Shown: positions 52,117 through 64,000, counted from the stretch's first letter. The stretch is 64,000 bases of DNA from Chiloscyllium plagiosum (GCF_004010195.1 NC_057746.1:34512096-34576095), one strand, 5' to 3'. Notes: generated from the sequence alone by a model not told the origin. Program-made: numbers and translations.

Positions 52117-52844
52117 AATTATCAAAACTGCAATTTCAAAATGCGTACATTTGAACTGAACAACTGATCATCCATGGGATAATTTTAAGATGACATGTCT
52201 GGTGTAACCTTTTGGAAACAGTGAATTTAAAAATGACTTTTTAGAAAATTGGCAAAGAGGCCTGAAATGTTTTTAATGTCCGAGAACAAAACTATGTGAA
52301 AGGACAATTAAACTAAGTTTGATCGATCCTTCCAAAAAGATGATTGGTTATCGACTTGAAAAGTAGACAAAAAAAACCTGTGACTGAAGAAAAGGGCTGT
52401 CTGTAGGCCTAATTGGACACTTCCTTTGGAAGGCCCGGTAGTGGCGTCTTTCCATATTTTATCATTCTACACAAGAACAATAGTTGCTGTGAAGAAAAAT
52501 TCAAAGGTAAAATTGCACACGTTTTCAGAATTTATTTTTAAAAGCAGACATTTGAAGCATCTACTCGTTTCAATCTTGACATCTGTAATACAATAGAAAC
52601 TGTTAAGGCAAATGACACCATGGATTTAGAGGAGATGAATCAGGGTGTATATAGAAAATGCTCGGAGGCGGCAACGGTGCAGAGCTGAGCTATCTCGGTA
52701 TTGCGCTGAACGTTTTACAATTTGTGATTAAGGATTTGACTTATAAATTCATGTAATTTTCCAAAGTGTCTCAGTCATCTTGCTGTAAAGCGGTACAAGT
52801 TGATCGAACATTTTGATCTTAGCCCTCCGTTGGTGGTAGTGTGC

Positions 52845-52860
52845 GGCTCTTAAAAGAGCC
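52845..52860 (-). terminator. Histone stem-loop of H2B-2
   Basis: AAAA-GGCTCTTTTAAGAGCC-GCACA; weak HDE (GGAGGGCT). Confidence 0.93.
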
Positions 52861-52917
52861 TTTTATGTCCGTTTTGTTGCAAGTGAGATACCATTCGTTT
52901 TCACTAGGGTAGCCGAT

Positions 52918-53304
52918 CTAAGCGGAACTGGTGTATTTGGTGACCGCTTTTGTGCCTTCAGACACAGCGTGCTTGGCTAGCTCGCCCGGTAACATAAGGC
53001 GGACGGCGCTTTGAATTTCTCTGGCCGATATGGTCTGGCGCTTGTTGTAGTGAATCAGGTGCGAAGCCTCGGAGGCGATGCGCTCAAAGATGTCGATGAC
53101 GAACGAGTTCATGACATTCATGGCCTTAGACGAAATTCTTGTAGAAGGATGGACCTGGGTCAGCACCCTGTACACATAGGTCGAATAGGTCTGTTTGCGA
53201 GTCTTCTTTCGCTTCTTGGGCGGCTTCTTGCTGACTTTGTTAAGCGACTGCTTCGATGCCTTTCGGGACGCAGCGCTCTTTGCTGCAGCCGCCGACTCAG
53301 GCAT
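52918..53304 (-). CDS. H2B: Histone H2B variant 2 (128 aa, divergent)
   Basis: [10 protein letters not shown]...[27 protein letters not shown]...[24 protein letters not shown]; ATG at 53304. Confidence 0.96.
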   Translation of the reverse strand: MPESAAAAKSAASRKASKQSLNKVSKKPPKKRKKTRKQTYSTYVYRVLTQVHPSTRISSKAMNVMNSFVIDIFERIASEASHLIHYNKRQTISAREIQSAVRLMLPGELAKHAVSEGTKAVTKYTSSA

Positions 53305-53354
53305 GACTTCCAATCACAACAAATTTAGCATAACTGACGCTGTCCGCCTGCCAC

Positions 53355-53480
53355 ATTTATATAGGAGCCTTATGCTAATGAGGAATCTGAGAGAGACGTT
53401 TTTCTATTGGTCAATTGCTCCCTTCCAAATATTCACCGTTCTGATGATTTTCGCTCGCTCGGTGGTCTGGGCCAATCAGA
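53355..53480 (-). promoter_or_regulatory. H2B-2 promoter: TATA, octamer variant, CCAAT
   Basis: TATATAAAT at 53355-53363, ctcATTAGCATaag at 53372-53379, CCAAT at 53406-53410; oppositely oriented CCAAT at 53472-53476. Confidence 0.75.
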
Positions 53481-53713
53481 AATGGCGCATGACGGAACGT
53501 TTGACGTTAACGATTCAAAATCGCGCCAACCGAGGCTTCGCTCTCATCCATCTTCTGATGGCGCTCTTGACGGGACACAGTGGGAGAGCAGATCTCGGCA
53601 GCCGAATCTCGCCATTGTCCTTGGGGTGAATTTCGGCTAACTTTAATTGAGGGAACATAATGCTTGACGCATCTTCCGCTGAAGTCTACGCTCAGCGATG
53701 TTGTAAATATTGG

Positions 53714-53915
53714 ACATGATTTGGAGATGCCGGTGTTGGACTAAGTTTTAAAAGAAACACACACACAATGCCAGGTTATAGTCCAACAGGATTATTTGGA
53801 AGTACAAGCTTTCGGAGCGCTTCTCTGTCCACAGGTAACTATCTATTCACTTGACGAAGGAGCAGCGCTCCGGAATAATAAATAAACCTGTCGTTACTAC
53901 AAACTGGTATTGTGT
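53714..53915. mobile_element. Family B Penelope-derived element (degenerate; another near 47730-47880)
   Basis: catgatttggagatgccggtgttggact end plus caggttatagtccaacagg arm. Confidence 0.7.
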
Positions 53916-54663
53916 AAATATTAGGGAAACTCAAGTAGGTCTAGTAACATTCAACATTTTGTCCAGACGTTTTCCTGAGTTTCACACTTTTTTTTCCTAA
54001 TTTCAAATTAGATGCTTTTGTACACTTCCTGTGCAGCAGTAACCTTGTATATCTCACAGTGGAGTCCTTGACTCTGATCCAGCTCATTTAGAGCTAGCTC
54101 TCACAGTGAAGTAGGATGTCTGACGCTCCTGTTTAATTTTTTTCTTTTTTTATTACCCCCACACTACCGCCTAACTGCGGTAGTGCTTATTTTACCCAAG
54201 CACCCATGTTGTGTGTGTACAGGTGTGTGACACATTGAAAGACACTAAGTGCGCGAATCTTTATTCAATTTCCACCACCAGGAACAAAAGAAACATCCAA
54301 GTGTTCATCAAAACCACAGCTAGACCTTTATTACTTTCATCTCGGTTTTAGTCTTATTGAAATCAAGATGCTGGTGCAAGGAAGGATACTGCCAGCTTTG
54401 TCTATCACTAATCCTCATTTTTATTGCCTCGTAGCTGACGCACCGATGGGAGGAACTCATTCACTGGATTAGAAGAAAGTACAAGTCCCACGGCAAAGTT
54501 AAGGAACAGCAGTTTTATTTTATGGCCGTTTAGTTTTAACACGACAAAAAAGTTTTCTAGGTAAATGTTTAGTAAATTCCGCCGCCACGCACTAACAACA
54601 ACACTTTTTTTTTAAAATAACTAGATCCAATTAAGGTCCGTTAGCTTCTTTTGTGGAAATGTT

Positions 54664-55302
54664 TTAAGAGGTTCTGAGAAGAGCCTTTCGCCGTCCGTCC
54701 TTGGGCCACTGGCTCTGCCTTCTCTGCTTCCGTCCGGCGGACCTGCTTGTGGCTGGCCGGCGAGCGGCGTTTTTCTTCGACTTGGTCGTCAGCCTTCTAA
54801 GAGTTTTCGACGCCTTGGGGTTACGGCGCAACATTTTGGCCGACGCCGTAACTCTTTTCGGAGATCGCCTCCTGACTCCGGACTTTTTCCGGGCTGAACT
54901 CTCCTCCACCTCCCGCTCCTTAACCATTTGGAGGGAGCCGGGGGCCCCGGCATGCGCTGACGGGTTTTTACTGGGCGGCGACCTCACGGTGGACTGGCTG
55001 GACCGGGGGCCGCACCCCTCCACGTCGTAGTTGGCAGCCGAGATGGTCTTCCTCATCATAGTAGCCAAAGTCGCGGGACCCTGGCGGTCTTTGGTAACAG
55101 CCACCGCCTCCAGGATGCGCTCAGCCACCGTGGCAATGGTGGCCGCTTTCTGCGGACGGTAAGCGCTTTTCCGCTTGGTGGCCACGGCGGGGTGAGGAGG
55201 CGGCGCCATGTCGGTGGTCGCGGAAAGGGGCACGCCAACCGGGGTAGCAGTCATTGTCGGTGACGAGTGATTCACCTGCACAGGGGCAACAGCTTCAGCC
55301 AT
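54664..55302 (-). CDS. Histone H1-like / protamine-like protein C (212 aa; strongly degenerate globular domain)
   Basis: TVAERILEAVAVTKDRQG...RKTISAANYDVE resembles H1 helices 1-2; Arg/Lys/Ser tail with SPKR; intronless CpG island; ORF overlaps its stem-loop; ATG at 55302. Confidence 0.75.
   Translation of the reverse strand: MAEAVAPVQVNHSSPTMTATPVGVPLSATTDMAPPPHPAVATKRKSAYRPQKAATIATVAERILEAVAVTKDRQGPATLATMMRKTISAANYDVEGCGPRSSQSTVRSPPSKNPSAHAGAPGSLQMVKEREVEESSARKKSGVRRRSPKRVTASAKMLRRNPKASKTLRRLTTKSKKNAARRPATSRSAGRKQRRQSQWPKDGRRKALLRTS
54670..54685 (-). terminator. Histone stem-loop (one C-A mismatch) inside the CDS of H1-like C
   Basis: GAAA-GGCTCTTCTCAGAACC-TCTTAA, HDE-like AAAAGAAGCT; AATAAA at 54514-54519 further downstream. 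Confidence 0.85.
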
Positions 55303-55367
55303 AAGCGACACCAATTGCAGCTGCGGCACCAGCGTCGCAACAATGAGCCGGAGCGGCGCTAGCGGCC

Positions 55368-55465
55368 ATTTTATGTAGGCGAAAAGCGGACGCCGTAGAG
55401 CCATTCCTCGCGCAGCCGCAGTTGCCGCTGTCCTTTTCACACGCCCACTCCTTGCCCCGCCCCTC
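55368..55465 (-). promoter_or_regulatory. H1-like C promoter: GC box, degenerate H4-box, TATA-like element
   Basis: GGGCGGGG near 55456-55463; CGTCCGC-8 nt-TACATAAAA. Confidence 0.5.
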
Positions 55466-56014
55466 AGACAAAGGCGCCCCTTGTCCTTCGAGTGAAGCGC
55501 CCATTCTCCCGGGAAGCTGCGAGCTCACTCCAATTCTGCACCTCTCCCCGTTCCCGATGTAGCTTCCAAAATCACCTCACGCCGTATTGATACCATCGTG
55601 ACAATCAGAGGTTTCGACCGCATGATTTGCTTTCAGCCACTCTTCAACATTCTTTGCTGATTATTAAACAGGATTTTTGTGTCCTAAGATTTTCTACTTG
55701 ATTAAGTTAAATAGATCCGAAGATTAAACTTTGCACTTGAGTTTTTTGTAGGGTTGAACTACTTGAAATATCTAACGACTGGGGATTTGAATAGCTTGAA
55801 ATTCACTTTTCAACGTACGTCATCCAGTTAAGATCAGTCAATATAGCACTTTTTTAAACAACAGGTTGAAACAAAGAACTGCGGGTGCCGAAGACCTGAA
55901 ACAAGAAAGACATTGCTGGAGAAACTCAGCGGGTCTGGCAACAGCTTGGAGAAAACGCAGAGTTAACACTTCGAATCCGTGACCCTTCTCCAGGACTGAT
56001 AGTAGCTAGGTTTG

Positions 56015-56200
56015 GAGAAAGTGAGGACTGCAGATGCTGGAGATCAGAGCTGAAAAATGTGTTGCTGGAAAAGCGCAGCAGGTCAGACAGCATCAAAGGA
56101 GCAGGATTCCTGAAGAAGGGCTTATGCCCGAAACGTAGATTCTCCTGCTCCTTGGATGCTGCCTGACCTGCTGCGCTTTTCCAGCAACACATTTTTCAGC
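56015..56200. mobile_element. Family A Penelope-derived fold-back element
   Basis: TSD agtagctaggt (56001-56011, 56201-56211); hammerhead motif at 56110-56137 (+, GUA triplet). Confidence 0.82.
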
Positions 56201-56952
56201 AGTAGCTAGGTGTGATAGTGTATATGATAATAGCAGTGGTAGGGGGTAGGAGTGAAAGGACGAGGTGAGAACATCTGTTTCTAAGTTGAGACATCACAGT
56301 TGTTTGCAGTCAACTCTGCACACAGTCAGTGGTTTTGAACAAATGTTAATAGCGCTTTATCCAGTTTCCAAACCTGATGTTTTTTTTATTCCATAAATAA
56401 ATATGAAATGGAATTCTTGTATCTCTTGATATTTCACTTGACTTTTGACTACACTGGGAAATGTTCAGAAGTTGCTTTTTGCTTGTAAAGCCCAGGGTGT
56501 CAGTTCGGATTTGAGTCAGCTTGTAAGGACATCATACTGACATTCTTCTTGTAAGAGTGAACTAATGCTGCTCTGTCAAATGTGTTGGCATCTAACTTTC
56601 AGATTAATCCATAAACAGAGTCCCCTTCTACCCTCTTTGGTTGTAGGCAGGCCATCCCAAACCACTATTTCTAAAATAGTGGAATCCTTTGCAGATCAAT
56701 TATCCCTCTACTCGCATCATTGAAATAGATTATCTGGACATGCATTACTTTGCTGTTGGTAGAGCTTTCTTGGAAGGGTGAATGAATTTGGATGCCAGGT
56801 TTTTCTACATTTAAAAAAAATATTGATGTCATGGTTCTTTGGGCATCTTGCAATATGAAAATTGTGCTTGTTGATATATGTCATTGTCTTTTTATAAAGC
56901 ATAATGATGCCTTAGCACCATTACATGTGTTTGCAAAATAATACAATTTGAA

Positions 56953-57412
56953 GAGTTCAAAGTTTGTGCGAAGATTTGTAGCTCGGGTGCTCGTTGTTGT
57001 GGTTCTGTTCGCCGAGCTGGAAGTTTTTGTTGCAAACGTTTCGTCCCCTGGCTAGGCGACATCATCAGTGCTTGGGAGCCTCCTGCGAAGCGCTTCTTTG
57101 ATGTTTCCTCCGGTGTTTATAGTGGTCTGTCCCTGCCGCTTCCGGTTGTCAGTTTCAGCTGTCCGCTGTAGTGGTTGGTATATTGGGTCCAGGTCGATGT
57201 GTTTGTTGATGGAGTTTGTGGATGAATGCCATGCCTCTAGGAATTCCCTGGCTGTTCTCTGGCTGTTCTCTGTCTGGCTTGCCCTATGATAGTAGTGTTG
57301 TCCCAGTCGAATTCATGTTGCTTGTTGTCTGCGTGTGTGGCTACTAAGGATAGCTGGTCGTGTCGTTTCATGGCTAGTTGATGTTCATGTATGCGGATTG
57401 TTAGCTGTCTTC
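56953..57412 (-). mobile_element. Penelope-like retroelement 3' fragment (GIY-YIG endonuclease C-terminus plus terminal repeat)
   Basis: GRQLTIRIHEHQLAMKRHDQLSLVATHADNKQHEFDWDNTTIIG is typical of PLE GIY-YIG domains. Confidence 0.85.
57032..57071 (-). ncRNA. Type I minimal hammerhead ribozyme motif in PLE terminus
   Basis: GCA-CTGATGA-T-GTCGCCT(AGCC)AGGGGAC-GAAA-CGTT-TGC; stem I GCA/TGC, palindromic ACGT stem III. Confidence 0.7.
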
Positions 57413-58094
57413 CTAACATAGCTGACATAGAATTATGCATAGATTAATTTACTTGCTGTAATAATTTTAAACAGATGATTTTGGGATTGGAGTTTGAATA
57501 ATGACAAATACTTCATTTGTCATCAGCCATTGTGATGCTTTTGATTGCTTGTTTCCAGGAGGAGGAGTATTTCCATAATTTCTGATTACATTTGGAGATG
57601 GGTGTGTGCAGGGATAATTTAACTGGGCTGAAACCCATGGGGTAGACTGAAATACTGACTTTTGAAATTTGGATCTAACACATGGGATTTCCTGGTAATC
57701 AGTTCACATTCTGTTTGTAGTGCAGAGTTTTCAGTGCTAACATAGGCAATGGCGTGGTATTATGGCTGGACTATTAATTCGAGACTCAGCTAATGTTCTG
57801 GGGGCATCCAGATTTGAAATTCACCACTGCAGGAATTTGAACTCAACAAAAATATCTGGATTTAAGACTCGAATGCTGACCGTGAATACATTGTCAATTG
57901 TTGGAAAAACCCTTTCTTGATTATATGTTTTATTGAGGAATGTGTCTTGATTAAACTTAAAAATATGAGCCTGAAGTAGTGTTTTGTAGTGGAAAAAGAC
58001 AGTGCTACTTTCTGGGTCTGTAGATTGGAAGAAGCAAAACTGGCCCTTAGTAGTGGGAGTTTAGGTAGAGTTTACAGGTTACTGGGGATGATAT

Positions 58095-58390
58095 GGGCGG
58101 CACGGTGGCACAGTGGTTAGCACTGCTGCCTCACAGTGCCAGAGATCCGGATTCAATTCCCACCTCAGGCAACTGCCTGTGTGGAGTTTGCACATTCTCC
58201 CCGTGTCTGCGTGGGTTTCCTCCCACAATCCAAAAATGTGCAGGTTAGGTGAATTGGCCATGGTAAATTGCCCGCAATGTTAAGTGAAGAGGTAAATGTA
58301 AGGGAATGGGTCTGGGTGTGTTGCGCTTCTGCAGGTCGGGGTGGACTTGTTGGGCTGAAGGGCCTGATTCCACACTGTAAGTAATCTTAT
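58095..58390 (+). mobile_element. HE1-type SINE
   Basis: gggcggcacggtggcacagtggttagcactgctgcctcacag...gggcctgattccacactgtaag. Confidence 0.88.
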
Positions 58391-58449
58391 AAAAAAATCT
58401 GCAATAAATGCCATTAGTTGCAAATTTTGCCAATCCTATCACAATGAGT

Positions 58450-61400
58450 GGAATGGTTGGATGAGGAATTTACAAGAACAAGGGGGTGTGATGGTTGGCA
58501 GTTACAGGAAGGGAGAAAAGTCACAGATACAGTCACATAGATGGTTTACCGCCAGGAAAGGTAAGAGAGGTAGGCAGGTGGTGCAGGAGTCTTCTTGTGG
58601 CTATCCCCATTTCAAACAAGTATGCTGTTTTGGCAAATGTAGGGGGTATGAATTCTCAAGGGAATATAGCATGAACAGCCAAGGTTTCTGGTATTGAAAT
58701 TGGCTCTAATGCAATTAAGGGTATGTCGGGTTCCAAGAGCTGGATTGTGTTAGGGGACTCTCTAGTCCGAGGTTCAGACAGATGTTTCTGTGGCCAGCAG
58801 CGAAAAATCAGAATGGTGTGTTGCTGGTGCCAGGATCAAGGGTGTCTCAGAGAGGGTGCAGGATGTTCTCAAGGGGGAAAGGGGCTAGCAAGAGGTCATT
58901 GTACATATTGGAACCAACAACATAGGAAAGGAAAAGGTTGAGATTCTGAATGGAGAATATAGAGAGTTAGGCAGAAGTTTAAAAAGGAGGGCTTTGACAG
59001 TAGTATTATCTGGATTACTCCCAGTCCTGTGTGCGAGTGAGGGCAGGAATAGAAGGATAGAGCAGATGAATGCATGGCTGAAGAGCTGGTGTATGGGAGA
59101 AGGATTCACATTTTTGGATCGTTGGAAGCTGTTCTGGGGTAGGAGTGTACAAGAAGGACGGATTGCACTTAAATTGGAAGGGGACTAATATACTGGCAGG
59201 GAGATTTGCTGGAGCTGCTTGGGAGGATTTAAACTAATAAGGTGGGGGAATGGAACCCAGGGAGATAGTGAGGAAAGAGATCGATCTGAGATGGGTACAG
59301 CTGAGAACAGAAGCGAGTCAAACAGTCAGGGCAGACAGGGACAAAGCAGAGAATAAGGTTGGACTGATAAGTTAAACTGCCTTTATTTCAATGCAAGGGG
59401 CCTAACCGGGGAAGGCAAATGAACTCAGGGCATGATTTGGAACATGGGACTGGGATATCATAGCAATTACAGAAACATGGCTCAGGGATGGGCAGGACTG
59501 GCAGCTTAATGTTCCAGGATACAGGAAGAATAGAAAGGAAGGCAAGAAAGAGAGGAGGGGGAGTGGTGTTTTTGATAAGGGATAGCATTACAGCTGTGCT
59601 GAGGGAGGATATTCCTAGAAATACATCCAGGGAAGTTATTTGGGTGGAACTGAGAAATAAGAAAGGGATGATCACCTTATTGGGATTGTATTAAAGACCC
59701 CCTAATAGTCAGAGGGAAATTGAGAAACAAATTTGTAAGGAGATCTCAGTTATCTGTAAGAATAACAAGGTGGTTGTGGTAGAGGATTTTAACTTTCCAA
59801 ACATAGACTGGGACTGCCATAGGTTAAGGGTATGGATGGAGAGGAATTTCTTAAGTGTGCACGAGACAATTTTCTGATTCAGTTTGTGGATGTACCTACT
59901 AGAGAAGGTGCAAAACCTGACCTACTCTTGGGAAATAAGACCATAAGACATAGGAGCGGAAATAAGGCCATTCGGCCCATTGAGTCCACTCCACCATTCA
60001 ATCATGGCTGATGGGCATTTCAACTCCATTTACCCACATTCTCCCCGTAGTCCTTAATTCCTTGTGACATCAAGAATTTATCAATCTCTGCCTTGAAGAC
60101 ATTTAGCGTCCNNNNNNNNNNNNNNNNNNNNNNNNNNNNNNNNNNNNNNNNNNNNNNNNNNNNNNNNNNNNNNNNNNNNNNNNNNNNNNNNNNNNNNNNN
60201 NNNNNNNNNNNNNNNNNNNNNNNNNNNNNNNNNNNNNNNNNNNNNNNNNNNNNNNNNNNNNNNNNNNNNNNNNNNNNNNNNNNNNNNNNNNNNNNNNNNN
60301 NNNNNNNNNNNNNNNNNNNNNNNNNNNNNNNNNNNNNNNNNNNNNNNNNNNNNNNNNNNNNNNNNNNNNNNNNNNNNNNNNNNNNNNNNNNNNNNNNNNN
60401 NNNNNNNNNNNNNNNNNNNNNNNNNNNNNNNNNNNNNNNNNNNNNNNNNNNNNNNNNNNNNNNNNNNNNNNNNNGTGTCAGTGACAAGGCCGGTGACTGA
60501 GGTGTCAGTGGGGGAGCACTTTGGAGCCAGTGACCATAATTCTATTAGATTTAAAATAATGATGGAAAAAGATAGACCAGATCTAAAAGTTGAAGTTGTA
60601 AATTGGAGAAAGACTAAGTTTGATGGTATTAGGCAAGAACTTTCAAAAGCTGATTGTGGGCAAATGTTCACAGGTAAAGGGACAGCTGGAAAATGGGAAG
60701 CATTCAGAAATGAGATAACGAGAATCCAGAGACAGTATATTCCTGTCAGGGTGAAAGGAAAGGCTGATAGGTATGGGGAATGCTGGATGACTAAAGAAAT
60801 TGAGGGTTTGGTTAAGAAAAAGAAGGAAGCATATGTCATGTATAGACAAGATAAATTGAGTGAATGCTTAGAGTATAAAGGCAGTAGGCGTATACTTTAG
60901 AGGGAAATCAGGGATGTAAGATAGCTTTGGCAAATAGAGTTAAGGAGAATCCAAAGGGTTTTTACAAACACATTAAGGACAAAGGGATAACTAGGGAGAG
61001 AATAGGGCCCCTCAAAGATCAGTAAGGCGGCCTTTGTGTGAAGCCGCAGAAAATGGGGGAGATATTAAACGAGTATTTTTGCATCAGTATTTACTGTGGA
61101 AAAGGACTTAGAAGATATAGATTGTAGGGAACTAGACGGTGACATCTTGCAAAATGTCCATATTACAGAGGAGGAAGTGCTGGATGTCTTGAAACGCATA
61201 AAGGTGGATAAATCCCCAGGACCTGATCAGGTGTACCTGAGAACTCTGTGGGAAGCTAGGGAAGTGATTGCTGGGCCCCTTGCTGAGATATTTATATTAT
61301 CGATAGTGACAGATGATGTGCCGGAAGGCTGGAGGTTGGCTAACATGGTGCCACTGTTTATGAAGGGTGGTAAGGACAAGCAAGGGAACTATAGACCAGT

Positions 61401-61960
61401 GAGTCTGACATCAATGGTGGGCAAGTTGTTGGAGGGAATCCTGAGGGACAGGATGTACAGGTATGTAGAAAGGCAAGGACTGATTAGGGATAGTCAACAT
61501 GGTTTTGTGCGTGGGAAACCATGCCTCACAAACTTGATTGAGGTTTTTGAAGAAGTAACAAGGAGGATTGACAAGGGAAAAGCGGTGGACGGGATCTATA
61601 TGGACTTCAGTAAGGTGTTTGACAAGCTTCCCCATGGGAGACTGATTAGCAAAGTTAGATCGCATGGAAAACAGGGAGAACTAGCCATTTGGATACAGAA
61701 CTGGCTCAAAGGTAGAAGACAGAAGGTGGTGGTGGAGGGTTGTTTTTCAGGCTGGAGGCCTGTGACCAGTGGAGTGCCACAAGGATCAGTGCTGGGTCCA
61801 CTACGTTAGTAAGTTTGCAGATGACACCTAAATTGGAGGTGTAGTTGACAGCGAAAAAGGTTATCTCAGATTACAATGGGATCTTGACCAGATGGGCCAA
61901 TGGGCTGAGAAGTGGCAGATGGAGTTTAATTTAAATAAATATGAAGTGCTCCATTTTGTG
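58450..61960 (+). mobile_element. Long decayed CR1 LINE: esterase-type ORF1, APE endonuclease, RT
   Basis: IVLGDSLVRG and HIGTNN (ORF1); ITETW and RGGGV (APE); KSPGPD, NYRPVSLTS, QHGF, SGVPQGSVLGP (RT); stops and frameshifts; interrupted by a second CR1 tail (~59937-60111, -) and an N gap. Confidence 0.92.
60112..60474. other. Assembly gap (363 N)
   Basis: Run of N. Confidence 1.
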
Positions 61961-62339
61961 AAAATTGATAAATCCCCTGAGCTAGATGGGATTTATCCTA
62001 GGATTCTCTGGGAAGCCAGGGAGGAGATTGCTGAGCCTTTGTCTTTATGTCGTCATTGTCTACAGGAATAGTACCAAAAGACTGGAGGATGGCAAATGTT
62101 GTTCCCTTGTTTTTTCCTGTCCAGGAGCAGTGGGAGACAGAGCGGAGGTGACATGGAGACCAGGAGGGTGCCAGGAAGGTAAGGACTTAAAATATATTTG
62201 GGCAGTGGCTAAACCATTATATCTCCATCCCACCATCCCCCCAACCAGAAGAAAAATACTCTGTAAGGTAAGGATTTTATTATGGCTCTTTCTTTTCTTT
62301 GATATGTTTACATGCATTGTTTGGTTTTAGTTAGGTGAT

Positions 62340-63105
62340 ATAAAGCTAAGGCTTAAAATGGCAGGGGACTTCAGACCCATGGCATGTACCACCTGCTTGA
62401 TGTGGGAACTCAGGGACATGGCTGACGTTTCTGACTCTTACACTTGCAAGAAGTGTGTCCAGCTGCAGCTGTTGTTTGACCGCATGACAGCTCTGGAGCT
62501 GCGGATGGACTCACTGTGGAGCATCTGTGATGCTGAGGAAATCGTGGATAGCACGTTTAGTGAATTGGTCACACCGTAGGTTAGAATTGCTGAGGGAGAC
62601 AATGAATGGGTGACCAAAAGTCAGAGAAAGAGTAGGAAGGAAGTGCAGGTGTTCCTTGTGGTCATGTCCCTCCAAACAGGTATACCGTTTTGGATACTGT
62701 TGGGGGAGATGGCTCGCCCGGGGAAGGCAGCAATTGCCAGGATCATGGCCCTGTGGCGGGCACTGCTGTTCAGAAGGGCGGGAAAAAGTCTCTCAGGGCC
62801 ATAGTTATAGGGGATTCTATTGTGAGGGGAGTAGATAGACGGTTCTAGAGTTGTGAAACGGGACTCCCAGATGGTATATTGCCTCCCAGGTGCTCGGGTC
62901 AGGGATGTCACTAATCGGCTGCAGAGCATTCAAAAAAAGGAGGGTGAACAGCCAGCTGTCTTGGTGCATATAAGAACCAGCGATATAAGTAAAAACAAGA
63001 TGAGGTCCTGAAAGCCTGAATTCAGAGAGCTCTGAGAGAAGTTAAAGAGGAGAACCTCAAAGGTAATGATCTCTGGATTACTACAGTGCCACATACTAGC
63101 CAGCA
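62340..63105 (+). mobile_element. CR1 ORF1 fragment (zinc finger and esterase)
   Basis: CTTCLMWE...CKKC, then IGDSIVRG and CLPGARVRDV remnants. Confidence 0.8.
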
Positions 63106-64000
63106 TACATAGAACATAGAACATAGAAAAGTACAGCACAGAACAGGCTCTTGGGCCCACGATGTTGTGCCGAGACTTAATCCTAATGTAAAATAGAGTA
63201 ACTTAACTGCTGTGGTTCTGTTCGCCGAGCTGGAAGTTTTTGTTGCAAACGTTTCGTCCCCTGTCTAGGTGACATCCTCAGTGCTTGGGAGCCTCCTGTG
63301 AAGCGCTTCTGTGGTGTTTCCTCCGGCATTTATAGTGGCCTGTCCCTGCTGCTTCCGGTTGTCAGTTTCAGCTGTCCGCTGTAGTGGCCGATATATTGGG
63401 TCCAGGTCGATGTGTTTGTTGATGGAGTTTGTGGATGAGTGCCATGCTTCTAGGAATTCCCTGGCTGTTCTCTGTTTGGCCTACCCCACAGAAACGAGCA
63501 CCCGAGCTACAAATCTTCTCACAAACTTAGAGTAACTTAACCTACGCACCCCTCAACTCACTGCTATCCATGTGCATGTCCAGCAGTCACTTAAATGTCC
63601 CCAATGACTTTGCTTCCACCACCTCAGCTGGCAACGCATTCCATACATTCACAACTCTCTATGTAAAAAAAAACCTACCTTTGATGACTCCTTTATACCT
63701 TCCTCCTAATATCTTCAAGCTATGACTTCTCGTACTAGTCAATCCAGCCCTGGGGAAATGTCTCTGGCTATTGACTCTATCTATTCCACTCATTATTTTG
63801 TACACCTCGATCAGGTCTCCTCTCTTCCTCCTTCTCTCAAGAGAGAAAAGTCCGAGCTTATTCAACCTCTCTTCATAAGGCAAGCCCTCCAGTCCAGGCA
63901 GCATCCTGGTAAACCTTCTTTGCACCCTCTCCAAAGGTATCTTTCCTATAGTAGGGCGACCAGAACTGGACACAATACTCCAAGTGTGGTCTCACCAGGG
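63106..64000 (-). mobile_element. CR1 LINE 3' part (runs off the window), interrupted by a PLE insertion
   Basis: LERVQRRFTRMLPGLEGLPYEERLNKLGLFSLERRR; (ATAGAAC)n tail. Confidence 0.88.
63208..63527 (-). mobile_element. Penelope-like element fragment with inverted terminal segment
   Basis: Near-identical to ~56998-57280; 63493-63527 is inverted relative to the start of that copy; 14-bp TSD tagagtaacttaac (63194-63207, 63528-63541); hammerhead motif at 63245-63284 (-). Confidence 0.85.

Noticed and set aside
60020-60839. ORFs spanning the N run
   Set aside because: Artefacts of the assembly gap.
61096-61809. 237-aa reverse transcriptase ORF as a host gene
   Set aside because: Fragment of a decayed CR1 ORF2 with flanking frameshifts, stops and a deletion before the catalytic motif.

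Overview
Vertebrate genomic DNA, most likely a shark or other elasmobranch (HE1-type SINEs, CR1 LINEs and Penelope-derived repeats dominate the non-coding sequence). Protein genes in order: the last four coding exons of LSM2 (+, 307-8667), a divergent two-exon CALHM-family channel gene (+, 14780-17189), then a dispersed ~34 kb cluster of eight intronless histone genes that each end in a histone stem-loop. These are three arginine-rich H1-like genes, H4, two H2B, H3 and H2A, and every one differs from the canonical vertebrate sequence. The most unusual signal is that in two H1-like genes the reading frame runs through the histone stem-loop, in different frames, so the stop codon sits at the expected U7 cleavage point. 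A U7-processed mRNA would be stop-less, while a read-through poly(A) mRNA would be translatable. The three H1-like genes also show graded decay of the winged-helix domain, Lys-to-Arg enrichment and H4-box-type promoters, suggesting a germline H1-to-protamine-like series. Many short Penelope-derived insertions carry minimal hammerhead ribozyme motifs and 10-15 bp target-site duplications. There is one assembly gap (60112-60474). Repeat boundaries are approximate, and all family calls come from motif recognition, not database searches.
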